From positions 1,216,001-1,280,000 of the forward strand of contig JAKFCY010000002.1 of the NCBI GenBank assembly GCA_036676395.1: a DNA stretch of 64,000 bases, read 5' to 3'. The notes beneath the pieces were generated by a model, which was not told the origin of the DNA, made no database searches, and worked only from the letters and a program-made list of their open reading frames with translations. Shown one piece after another: positions 52,995 to 60,973 of this stretch; position 1 is the first letter of the stretch, and each line of letters starts with the position of its first letter. The position numbers and the translations under genes are program-made. Source of the stretch: Bdellovibrio sp. GTDB taxonomy: Bacteria; Bdellovibrionota; Bdellovibrionia; Bdellovibrionales; Bdellovibrionaceae.

Positions 52995-53633
52995 CTAGTA
53001 CTTTTTATACCCAGTGTTGGCTTCAAATGGAAAACTGAAATACACAGATACACTTGAAAGCGCGTTGTCTAAATTTAAATTGAATTCGCCACCAATGTGT
53101 TTGTCTTCTTCTGGAAACCATTCAGCACCCACTGTAAATTGGGCGGCTGTGTAGGTTTTATGTTTACCAGAAAGCCAAGTGATCGGAAGAGCCGCGTACG
53201 GAATCATGTTGCCATAACGAGTGTCGGCTTTTTTTGAAAAGATCGGAGTTAACTGAACGCCTGTGTAGTTATGATCTTCATCGCGAACAAAAATGACTCC
53301 GGCGCGTCCACCCATTGCAGGTTGTTTATCAACATCTGGAAACGGAACCCATTTTACTGAAGCTTGTGTCCAGAAATCTGTTTCGCCGCCACCTGCAGTA
53401 ATTCGACCATCAAGATCATCATCAAGATGAGCATCAGCAAAAAATCCAGCATTAAAGCCGCCGCCATCAGAGACGATCAGCTGCGGAGCAACACCCAAGC
53501 GGTAGTAGTTCTCGGGTAAAATCTCGGCTGTCTCGTTAACGGTAAGAAATGCGTGGCTATAGCGTGAAAGCATAAAAGCTGTAGCAAAAATAGAAATGAT
53601 CTGGACCCATTTGAAGAATTTGTTTTTTGTCAT
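52995..53633 (-). CDS. Exported hypothetical protein, probable beta-barrel
   Basis: Signal peptide (SHA) and alternating aromatic/Gly strands. Confidence 0.55.
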   Translation of the reverse strand: MTKNKFFKWVQIISIFATAFMLSRYSHAFLTVNETAEILPENYYRLGVAPQLIVSDGGGFNAGFFADAHLDDDLDGRITAGGGETDFWTQASVKWVPFPDVDKQPAMGGRAGVIFVRDEDHNYTGVQLTPIFSKKADTRYGNMIPYAALPITWLSGKHKTYTAAQFTVGAEWFPEEDKHIGGEFNLNLDNALSSVSVYFSFPFEANTGYKKY

Positions 53634-53739
53634 AAATTCTATGGTAACCAGCAGGACTTTAGGTTGGCAAGCGTTACACTGCTGTTAACCCGCAAAGCTA
53701 CGCTTTGACAATGGTCAGAAAAAACGGTGACATGAACCA

Positions 53740-54501
53740 GTGCCTATTTCAGCTGTGATTATCTGCAAAAATGAAGAAGCCAATATCGGGCGATGTTTAA
53801 AATCCCTAGCCTGGGTTGATGAAGTCGTCGTTTATGACTCGGGGTCTATAGATAACACTGTTAACATTGCGCAGAAAATGGGCGCAAAAGTTTATCAAGG
53901 AACCTGGTTGGGTTTCGGCGCAACAAAGCATGCGGCTACAAAACGTGCATCGCATGATTGGATACTTTCTTTAGATTCTGATGAAGAAGTGCCCGATAAA
54001 TTAAAACAAGAAATTCAAGAAAAGCTAAGCACACTTGATCCTGATTATATCTATAAAATTCCACGTTTATCGCATTATCTTGGAAGCTGGATTAAGTATG
54101 GTGGCTGGTATCCTGATTTTCAAATCAGACTATTCAACCGTAAAACGCATCAATGGAATCAGGCAGAAATTCATGAACGTGTTGAGCCTATAGCAGGCGA
54201 GCTTGAGCATATCGCGCAGTTAGATAATCATTTACATCATTACGTCTTTAAAAACATCGAACATCAGGTGCAAACAAACAATCGTTATTCGACTCTGCAA
54301 GCGCAGACTATGTTCGCTAACGGTAAATCATTTAGTTATTTTCACTTATTCACAAAGCCGTACGTAAAATTCATCGAATGTTATATCGTAAAATTAGGGT
54401 TTTTAGACGGCTGGGCGGGGTATGTGATTGCCAGAAATGCGGCCTATTCAGCTTTGTTAAAGTGGCTAAAACTTAAGGAATTATATGCGCACAAAAAATA
54501 A
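53740..54501 (+). CDS. GT2 glycosyltransferase (WaaE/KdtX/LgtF-like, LPS core)
   Basis: KNEEANI, DSGSID, LDSDE, GWYPD, IHE and GFLDG. Confidence 0.88.
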   Translation: MPISAVIICKNEEANIGRCLKSLAWVDEVVVYDSGSIDNTVNIAQKMGAKVYQGTWLGFGATKHAATKRASHDWILSLDSDEEVPDKLKQEIQEKLSTLDPDYIYKIPRLSHYLGSWIKYGGWYPDFQIRLFNRKTHQWNQAEIHERVEPIAGELEHIAQLDNHLHHYVFKNIEHQVQTNNRYSTLQAQTMFANGKSFSYFHLFTKPYVKFIECYIVKLGFLDGWAGYVIARNAAYSALLKWLKLKELYAHKK

Positions 54502-55423
54502 TTTCTTAATGTTATCGTTATTGTTTTTTTCTAAAGCAGTGATGGCTGATGTGCCCGTGCTTAAAAGTTTTGTAGGTCGGCCGTTGATTCAATTAGTTGA
54601 TGGAAATGTAAAAGTCGAGCCGGTTAAAGGTAAATTAATTGAACAAAGTTTTACGGTAAAAACATCGACCAACGAGCAAATTAAAATTGAACTGGGTAAA
54701 GATTTTTATTTAATCGTGTTTCCAGAATCTTCGGTTAAAATTGAAGGTTTTTATGTCACCAAAAAAGATTATAAAGTTAGAGCTGTGAATTTTGATTCAG
54801 GCCGTTTTTATTTAAAAAACGGTTCGAATATAACTGACGATTTAACGGTAATTTACCAATCTGACTTTTTCGTCTGGAGAAACACTGAAAAAAACAACCA
54901 GCGCGAATTTTTCGTTGAGTTAAATCCGGCGATCGCGCAAGTGCGCTTCTGCGCGGGGGCTCAGGGAATTTCAGCTTCTCTGTTCGATCATGAGACAGTC
55001 AAGAATTTGAAATACCAAGAAGGAGCCTCGTATCAAGGGGTTCTTAAAAACGGTGAATTAGAATTTGATCTGTTATTAGAAGGTCGAAAAGTGCCAAAAG
55101 GTGAATGGAAAGATAAGTTCACTTGTGATTTTAAACAAATTTTAAAAGAAATGAATGATTTAGAAGCTTCTGAAATTGCTAAAATCAAAAAGAACGAACA
55201 ACAGAAAAAAGCCGCTGAAAGAAAACGTAAAGCTGATTATGAAAAATCCCTCTGTCACGAGCCCAATGGGCAGTTCAACGAATGTTTGTGGAAGTGGGAA
55301 GATAAACTTTGCATTCGTTATCGCTGCGATGGCCAAGGTCAGTGGAAAGATCGCCACCAATTACCGAAAAATCACAGTTATCAATGTGAGACAAAACCAC
55401 ACGTGACGAAGTGCGATTACTAG
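54485..55423 (+). CDS. Exported hypothetical protein with Cys-rich C-terminal domain
   Basis: Signal peptide, beta-rich FecR-like region, charged coiled segment and six C-terminal Cys. Confidence 0.6.
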   Translation: MRTKNNFLMLSLLFFSKAVMADVPVLKSFVGRPLIQLVDGNVKVEPVKGKLIEQSFTVKTSTNEQIKIELGKDFYLIVFPESSVKIEGFYVTKKDYKVRAVNFDSGRFYLKNGSNITDDLTVIYQSDFFVWRNTEKNNQREFFVELNPAIAQVRFCAGAQGISASLFDHETVKNLKYQEGASYQGVLKNGELEFDLLLEGRKVPKGEWKDKFTCDFKQILKEMNDLEASEIAKIKKNEQQKKAAERKRKADYEKSLCHEPNGQFNECLWKWEDKLCIRYRCDGQGQWKDRHQLPKNHSYQCETKPHVTKCDY

Positions 55424-55445
55424 CAAAGACGAAGTGCGATTACTA
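55405..55445 (+). repeat. 18-bp direct repeat duplicating the gene end
   Basis: GACGAAGTGCGATTACTA at 55405-55422 and 55428-55445. Confidence 0.85.
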
Positions 55446-55545
55446 ACAACTGTTAGCACTTAACGTCACTGGGCGGTAAGTTGTTACTCTATTCGCTATG
55501 AGCAGCGTCTCAATCTGAAGCTAAAAACCACCAAAAAGCACCTGT

Positions 55546-55591
55546 TTTCAATAAGTTACCTAGATTTCACAATTTAGGCACACGCCTTGTA
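55546..55591 (+). promoter_or_regulatory. Putative sigma-54 promoter with upstream IHF-like site
   Basis: TAGGCACACGCCTTGTA at 55575-55591 has -24/-12 spacing (GT instead of GC at -12). TTTCAATAAGTTA at 55546-55558 is one mismatch from WATCAANNNNTTR. Confidence 0.5.
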
Positions 55592-55649
55592 TATACATAA
55601 TAGTAACAAGCACACCTGATTTAAGATGGCTCTTTAAGGAAGGTTTTTT

Positions 55650-56456
55650 ATGAAAACAGGAATTATGAAAACAAACGCTCTCTTCTTATTAACTGCTACA
55701 GTATTATTTGCTGTAGGTTGTTCGAATTCAAATTCGAGTGATTCAGTTAATAACACATTACCAGTAATTAACGGTGCCGTCCCTTCGCCAATAATTATTG
55801 ATCCAACAGCGCCAACAGACCCAGGAACTACAACTCCTGTGTTTAGCGGTGGATCACAAGTTGCGTTTGTACCTGTAAATCTGGCGCAAATGAATAAGTA
55901 TGTTGCGACTCATCCATTAAATAATCCAAGTGATTTTAAAATTAGCGTAAACTTAGCTTCTGTTGGGTCTGGTCGTTACGGCGGAACAGTAGCCATTTCT
56001 TACTTAGACAATAACATTCGTTATAACGGTGAATTTAAATCTGGAATGGGTGCCAACCAATCATTTAGTGGTATGTACGATAACGGTAAGTTAGAATCAG
56101 AATTTAATTACTGGTTTAACTATAACGGTAAATTAGTATTTACAGCTTATTTCGAAGATCAATACGGCGCGATCACAATCACTTTAGAACCAACAACGAC
56201 GACTTCTGGTGGTAATGATGCTGAGCCGGTACTTTCTGGTCCATATAAAGGCACAGTTTACTTTAAAAACTTTACGACAACGTTTGCGCAACATTCACCA
56301 TACCGCGCTTGTTGGCACACCTACATGGGTCCATATGACTGTCGTTCAAATGTGATCAGCACGAAATGTGGATTATACCCAGGGGCTGAAGCTGGTTACG
56401 AGAAGTTAGGAACTTTCTCTGGCCTTGATGTAAAAAAAGCTTTCGCCATCGACTAA
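55650..56456 (+). CDS. Lipoprotein of unknown function
   Basis: Lipobox AVG-C, Ser/Pro/Thr linker and a beta-rich domain. Confidence 0.75.
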   Translation: MKTGIMKTNALFLLTATVLFAVGCSNSNSSDSVNNTLPVINGAVPSPIIIDPTAPTDPGTTTPVFSGGSQVAFVPVNLAQMNKYVATHPLNNPSDFKISVNLASVGSGRYGGTVAISYLDNNIRYNGEFKSGMGANQSFSGMYDNGKLESEFNYWFNYNGKLVFTAYFEDQYGAITITLEPTTTTSGGNDAEPVLSGPYKGTVYFKNFTTTFAQHSPYRACWHTYMGPYDCRSNVISTKCGLYPGAEAGYEKLGTFSGLDVKKAFAID

Positions 56457-56484
56457 TAAAATATTAACGAAGAGTAGGTAAACA

Positions 56485-57090
56485 ATGAAAACTCTAAGTC
56501 AAATTATCTCAATCATCACAGTAACAATGGCTACCGCTTACATGGTAGCTTGTGATCAAAAAAACAAAAACTCTACGGCTGCAGCATTACCGGTTTATCA
56601 AAACTGTGTAAATTGCGGCGGAGTGATCAGCGGCTCTGAGTTCTTTCGCTCAGAATCTAAAAACTACGATCAAACCGTATTATTAAATTTAAGTTTCGTA
56701 GGTTCTACAAACGTAGCAACGCCTTATTACGCAAATTTAAACTACGGATCACCGGTGATTAATTACATCGGCCCAGTGGCCGTGACTGGAACAATGAACA
56801 TCAACATGGGTACAAATGCTGGTGGATGTTTAATTCAGCCAGGGCAGTACACTTTATCAACTTTACAAGCCGGTACATGGTCAAATGCCATTGTGCAAAA
56901 TTTAAGAGTTCAAGCTTATGGCCCGTCGAACATGATTATTTCTATCCCGTTGGCTCAGGTTTCGGCAAAACGCTATGACCAAATGGGCAGATTGTGGTCT
57001 GAAATTCCGCAAGTGGGTCGAATTTTTGGTAACGTGATCATCGAAAATGTGAACGGATACCGTTGTTACACTGATATTCTAGTCGATTAG
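56485..57090 (+). CDS. Lipoprotein of unknown function
   Basis: Lipobox MVA-C, CxxC and a beta-rich domain. Confidence 0.75.
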   Translation: MKTLSQIISIITVTMATAYMVACDQKNKNSTAAALPVYQNCVNCGGVISGSEFFRSESKNYDQTVLLNLSFVGSTNVATPYYANLNYGSPVINYIGPVAVTGTMNINMGTNAGGCLIQPGQYTLSTLQAGTWSNAIVQNLRVQAYGPSNMIISIPLAQVSAKRYDQMGRLWSEIPQVGRIFGNVIIENVNGYRCYTDILVD

Positions 57091-57150
57091 TTAAAGTAGT
57101 TTCTTAAGATTTAAGATCAGCAAAGATTTTAGTAAAATATAAATTTTTTT

Positions 57151-57195
57151 AAAGGGCGATTTTGTGAGGAGCCATCTCACGAAGTCGCCTTTTTT
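57151..57195 (+). terminator. Rho-independent terminator
   Basis: GGCGATTTTGTGAG / CTCACGAAGTCGCC stem (with G-U pairs) followed by T6. Confidence 0.8.
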
Positions 57196-57237
57196 ATTTT
57201 CTTGCTTAATTTCTAAATCGGGTTTGAAATTGTATAT

Positions 57238-58125
57238 ATGAGTTTATTACCTCTTTGGATAGAGTTCTTCGATGATTTGCAACATGTAAGAGGGCGTTCA
57301 CTAAATACCGTGATGGCCTATAGAAGAGATTTGGAATTATACCAAGCTTTTCAAACTAAAAGCCGTCGTTTAGCTGAATTCTACGATTTCATGAAAGATG
57401 AAGGTTTATCAACCCGCTCACAAGCGCGCGTGATTTCTTCGTTACGTACTTATTTTAAATTTTGTGAAACTCGCGGAATCAAATCTGAAGAGTTACGTGA
57501 ATTACGCCCACCAAAAGTAAAATCAACACTTCCTAAATCGATCACATTTCAAGAATTTGAACGCTTATTTGCTTCGTGCGAAGTGGCAGATCCTGCAAAA
57601 AAATACCGTAATCAATTAACGTTATTATTTTTATATGGTTTAGGTTGTCGTGTATCAGAATTAATTTCTTTAAACTTAAACGATTTTTCAGCCACAGAAC
57701 GTTGGGTGAAAGTTTTAGGTAAGGCTCGCAAAGAAAGACTGATTCCTTTAACAGAGACTTTATTTGAAGCTTTAGATAAATATTTAAAACATTCACGTCA
57801 TTTATTAGCTTACGATGAATCTGGGCAGAATTCTTTATTACTTAATGATCGTGGACACCGTCCGTCGCGCATTGATGTGTGGAGATGGTTAGCTTCTTGG
57901 TCGGTTAAAGCGGGTTTTGATACTCCGGTACATCCGCACAGATTCAGACATGGTTGTGCGACAGCATTGTTAGAAGGTGGAGCAGATCTGCGTTCAATCC
58001 AAATGTTATTAGGTCACGCTAGTATTCAAACGACGCAAGTTTACACGGCGGTTTCTACGGCTACGGCTGCAAAAGCTGTGGATGAACATCATCCGATGTC
58101 TAAAATGAAAGACGTGGCGATTTAA
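57238..58125 (+). CDS. xerD: XerD-type tyrosine recombinase
   Basis: NTVMAYRRDL, GCRVSEL, HRFRH and GADLRSIQMLLGHASIQTTQVYT. Confidence 0.85.
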   Translation: MSLLPLWIEFFDDLQHVRGRSLNTVMAYRRDLELYQAFQTKSRRLAEFYDFMKDEGLSTRSQARVISSLRTYFKFCETRGIKSEELRELRPPKVKSTLPKSITFQEFERLFASCEVADPAKKYRNQLTLLFLYGLGCRVSELISLNLNDFSATERWVKVLGKARKERLIPLTETLFEALDKYLKHSRHLLAYDESGQNSLLLNDRGHRPSRIDVWRWLASWSVKAGFDTPVHPHRFRHGCATALLEGGADLRSIQMLLGHASIQTTQVYTAVSTATAAKAVDEHHPMSKMKDVAI

Positions 58126-58127
58126 TT

Positions 58128-58148
58128 CGCTCCGGATTTCGGTTTACA
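58128..58148. repeat. Single arm of the 43-bp palindrome family
   Basis: CGCTCCGGATTTCGGTTTACA matches the reverse complement of 46090-46110 at 19/21 positions. Confidence 0.7.
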
Positions 58149-58180
58149 AAAGTTCGTAGTCAAATTCTATAGATCACTAG

Positions 58181-58212
58181 TAAAGCCCAAGTTTTGCAAA
58201 ACTTGGGCTTTA
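58181..58212. repeat. Perfect 32-bp palindrome with no spacer
   Basis: TAAAGCCCAAGTTTTG|CAAAACTTGGGCTTTA. Confidence 0.9.
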
Positions 58213-59558
58213 TGATTTTAAATACCCTGATTGAAAACCAAAACCGTCTTGTGCCTGCTGTCGTAGAAATTCAACTTATTCCTGGAATCCCGCAGATTCA
58301 TTTTTTAGGATTGCCTGACAAGGTGATTAAAGAAAGTTTTTTTCGTATTAAAGCGGCGTTGAAATCTTCGGGTTTTAAATTTCCGATATCACAACAAGTG
58401 ATTGTGAATATTCGGCCAAGCTCGTTAAAAAAATCTTCAATGGGGTTAGAGTTAGCGGTAGCTCTTGGCATCTTACATTTAACCGGACAAAAAGAATTAA
58501 GCGACCGCGCACAACAACATCTTATTTATGGCGAGCTTGATTTAGACGGGGGCGTGCGCGAACCCGAAGATTTGATTTACTTTAAAAATGTGAATCAAGA
58601 TTATGTCTTAACTGGGCGAGCAAAAAAGCAGAGCTTGGAATATTCGCGGCTTGAGCATTTAAAAGAAGACGTTGAGCTTAATGAACATAGCCGGGTGTTA
58701 AAAAAATCTTTGGTGCGACCGTTGATAGGGTTAAAAAATAAGTTTTCGGCTGATGAAGCCGAGTTGATTTTTTTACTGGCGACTACGGGATTACACGCAC
58801 TGGTGGCGGGGCAGTCAGGGGCTGGAAAATCTTTTTTAGCTAAAAATTTTATTACTTTTTATAAACCTAAAAATGAAGATTCACAAACTCCGCATGATTG
58901 GTACCCAGTTCTAGCGCCACATCATTCGTTAACTCCGGCAGCTTTTTTAGGAGGTGGGGCGCAGCTTTATGAAGGTGAAATTGAAAAAGTTGAAAATGGG
59001 GTTTTGATTTTAGATGAATTATTAGAATTTCATTCGCAAATTTTAGAATCTTTACGCGAGCCCATGACCGGAGAACCTTTGCGAATTGCAAGAGCGGGGC
59101 GGGTGAAAGAAATTAAACCTTCGTTTCAGGTGATTGCTACAAGTAATTTTTGTCCGTGTGGAAAATGGGTTCCGGGTTTTGATTTAGATGGTTGTAGATT
59201 TTCTGCGGTGAAATGCAGAAGCCATTTAAATCGATTAACGGGGCCCTTAGTAGACCGCTTTGGTTTAATCTATTTTCATAAACTGCGCAGACCGAAACGC
59301 GATATCACAGGCCAGGAAATTTTAAAACGTATTGAAAAGTGGTGTGATTTAGCTGAGCAAAACTTGGTAAAAGTTGATCTAGACTTTATCGATTCGATCT
59401 ACGGCGAACTTTCTGGTCGGCGCCAGCAAGCGTTAGCTAAGGTGGCTGAAATCTATGCTATCGAAGAAAAAGCCTCAGAAATAACGGTTAAACATTTAAA
59501 AAAGAGCGAATCTTGGACAATTTCTGGGTTTGTGCAGTTAGAAAAAGGTATGGCTTAA
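58212..59558 (+). CDS. comM: ComM/YifB Mg-chelatase-like AAA+ helicase
   Basis: GLPDKVIKES, Walker A GQSGAGKS, PHHS, LILDELLEF, LREPM, CPCG and GPLVDRF. Confidence 0.85.
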   Translation: MILNTLIENQNRLVPAVVEIQLIPGIPQIHFLGLPDKVIKESFFRIKAALKSSGFKFPISQQVIVNIRPSSLKKSSMGLELAVALGILHLTGQKELSDRAQQHLIYGELDLDGGVREPEDLIYFKNVNQDYVLTGRAKKQSLEYSRLEHLKEDVELNEHSRVLKKSLVRPLIGLKNKFSADEAELIFLLATTGLHALVAGQSGAGKSFLAKNFITFYKPKNEDSQTPHDWYPVLAPHHSLTPAAFLGGGAQLYEGEIEKVENGVLILDELLEFHSQILESLREPMTGEPLRIARAGRVKEIKPSFQVIATSNFCPCGKWVPGFDLDGCRFSAVKCRSHLNRLTGPLVDRFGLIYFHKLRRPKRDITGQEILKRIEKWCDLAEQNLVKVDLDFIDSIYGELSGRRQQALAKVAEIYAIEEKASEITVKHLKKSESWTISGFVQLEKGMA

Positions 59559-59566
59559 GGCATTTC

Positions 59567-59595
59567 TTGACAAAAATGCCGCCCAAATTTAACTT
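59567..59595 (+). promoter_or_regulatory. Sigma-70 promoter of tRNA-Cys
   Basis: TTGACA (59567-72), 17-bp spacer, TAACTT (59590-95). Confidence 0.6.
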
Positions 59596-59611
59596 GGAGC
59601 TTCCTTCGATT

Positions 59612-59685
59612 GGTGACGTGGCCGAGGGGTTAGGCACGGCTCTGCAAAAGCTGTTACGGGGGTTCAAGTCCCTCCGTCACCTCCA
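59612..59685 (+). tRNA. tRNA-Cys(GCA)
   Basis: Acceptor stem GGTGACG/CGTCACC, anticodon arm CGGCT-CTGCAAA-AGCTG, GGTTCAAGTCC T-loop, U73 discriminator and encoded CCA. Confidence 0.96.
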
Positions 59686-59955
59686 GATTAACTCCGTAAA
59701 AAAATCTTATAAATAGTTATCTATCGAAAATCACACGAGTGTGGTTTCGCATGCTTAGCAATGCTCGTGGGCTTAAAAAATAACGAGATATAACGATTCA
59801 TAATGAAAACTGGTGGGTGTCAGGTGGGTTTTTGGTGGAACTAGAATTAGTACCCCAAACCGTTCACCCAACTGTCAGGAACATTTAACAGATACCAAGG
59901 TCGTATAAAGAAAATTATATTTAGACGACTGAGGGTTTTATGATTTAATACATTA

Positions 59956-60672
59956 ATGCGTGATCATAGTTTTTTAAAGTTCGAAAAGTTTGCTACTAGA
60001 AATCTAAGTCATTACTTGCCGCATCCAGTTAAGCTTAAGTCAAACGATGGTGTTCTTTTGAAAATATTCTTATGCCGCATTGAAATCATTTTTTCCGAGA
60101 GGAGAGATTCGATACTTCTTTTTAGAGCGGTATTGTTTGTAATATTTTGGGGTGTTATTTCGTCTGTTCTCCTGATCATAATAACAGACCAGACGAGCTT
60201 TTTGATGGCGCTCAATAATTTATATAGTTATATAAAATTAAATACTGCTCAAACTTTATTTGTGATGGCGGCCTCAATTTCAGCAGTATATTGGAATTTA
60301 AGTTCAAGGTATGGGTCGCAATGGCAATACCTTGCCGAGCTATATAATAATATTTTTATAGAAAAAGTAGGCGAAAAAGATAAATTTGAAATCTTATATC
60401 AAAAAACGACTTTGTGCTTAGACTTAATCGATTTGGATTTCTGGCATCACAAATCGTTTAGCAAGATGTTCGCATTTATCTTAGAAGATGCATTGGAGTA
60501 TTGTTACGAAAATTATCCAAAGGAAGAATTTGGTGTTTTTAAATTGAATCGCTCTGCTTTTAGCCATGTTCAAGATATTAAAAAAGGTCGTTTGGATGTT
60601 GTATCGGCGAAACTGATGATTTCTCGATTGCAAAATGATCTTGAGATGCAAATCGCAAACAGTGAAGTCTAA
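59956..60672 (+). CDS. Hypothetical membrane protein (2 TMs plus helical C-terminal domain)
   Basis: 238-aa ORF with two hydrophobic segments and no recognised motif; start uncertain. Confidence 0.55.
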   Translation: MRDHSFLKFEKFATRNLSHYLPHPVKLKSNDGVLLKIFLCRIEIIFSERRDSILLFRAVLFVIFWGVISSVLLIIITDQTSFLMALNNLYSYIKLNTAQTLFVMAASISAVYWNLSSRYGSQWQYLAELYNNIFIEKVGEKDKFEILYQKTTLCLDLIDLDFWHHKSFSKMFAFILEDALEYCYENYPKEEFGVFKLNRSAFSHVQDIKKGRLDVVSAKLMISRLQNDLEMQIANSEV

Positions 60673-60973
60673 GCGAACTGACGAGCTTTACTTTTTTTTC
60701 ATTTTCAAAACTTTAGCATTTGTAAAGATGTTGTTCGGATTAGTCATAATTAAATGTCTACTTGTTAAAAAATAATATAAATAGTTTAAATAATTTATAT
60801 TTATTCAAACCAATTGTAGCGGCCAATTTGGCTTTGCTTGAATCAAGCGGTCATATAAATGCTTATTTATTTACCAAAAAACGTATTAAAATATGAATAA
60901 ATAAAATATTATTTGCAACCCTCTCTTTTGTTTGTCTAAAGTTTATCTAGTTTTATAAAAGCGGGGAGTATTC

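Noticed and set aside
57238..58125. Tyrosine recombinase as the integrase of the tRNA-Cys island
   Set aside because: Size and motifs fit housekeeping XerD, it has no arm-binding N-terminal extension, and comM separates it from the tRNA.
59513..59716. 67-aa ORF
   Set aside because: It overlaps the comM end, the tRNA promoter and tRNA-Cys; spurious.
761..60215. Many short 60-100 aa ORFs in the track (e.g. 761..1006, 8361..8669, 18150..18335, 36126..36377, 40925..41203, 50093..50380, 60012..60215)
   Set aside because: They lie antisense or out of frame within well-supported genes and show no motifs; treated as shadow ORFs.
60696..60755. Short minus-strand ORF (MTNPNNIFTNAKVLKMKKK) near the island edge
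   Set aside because: It has only 19 codons with no RBS or homology evidence.
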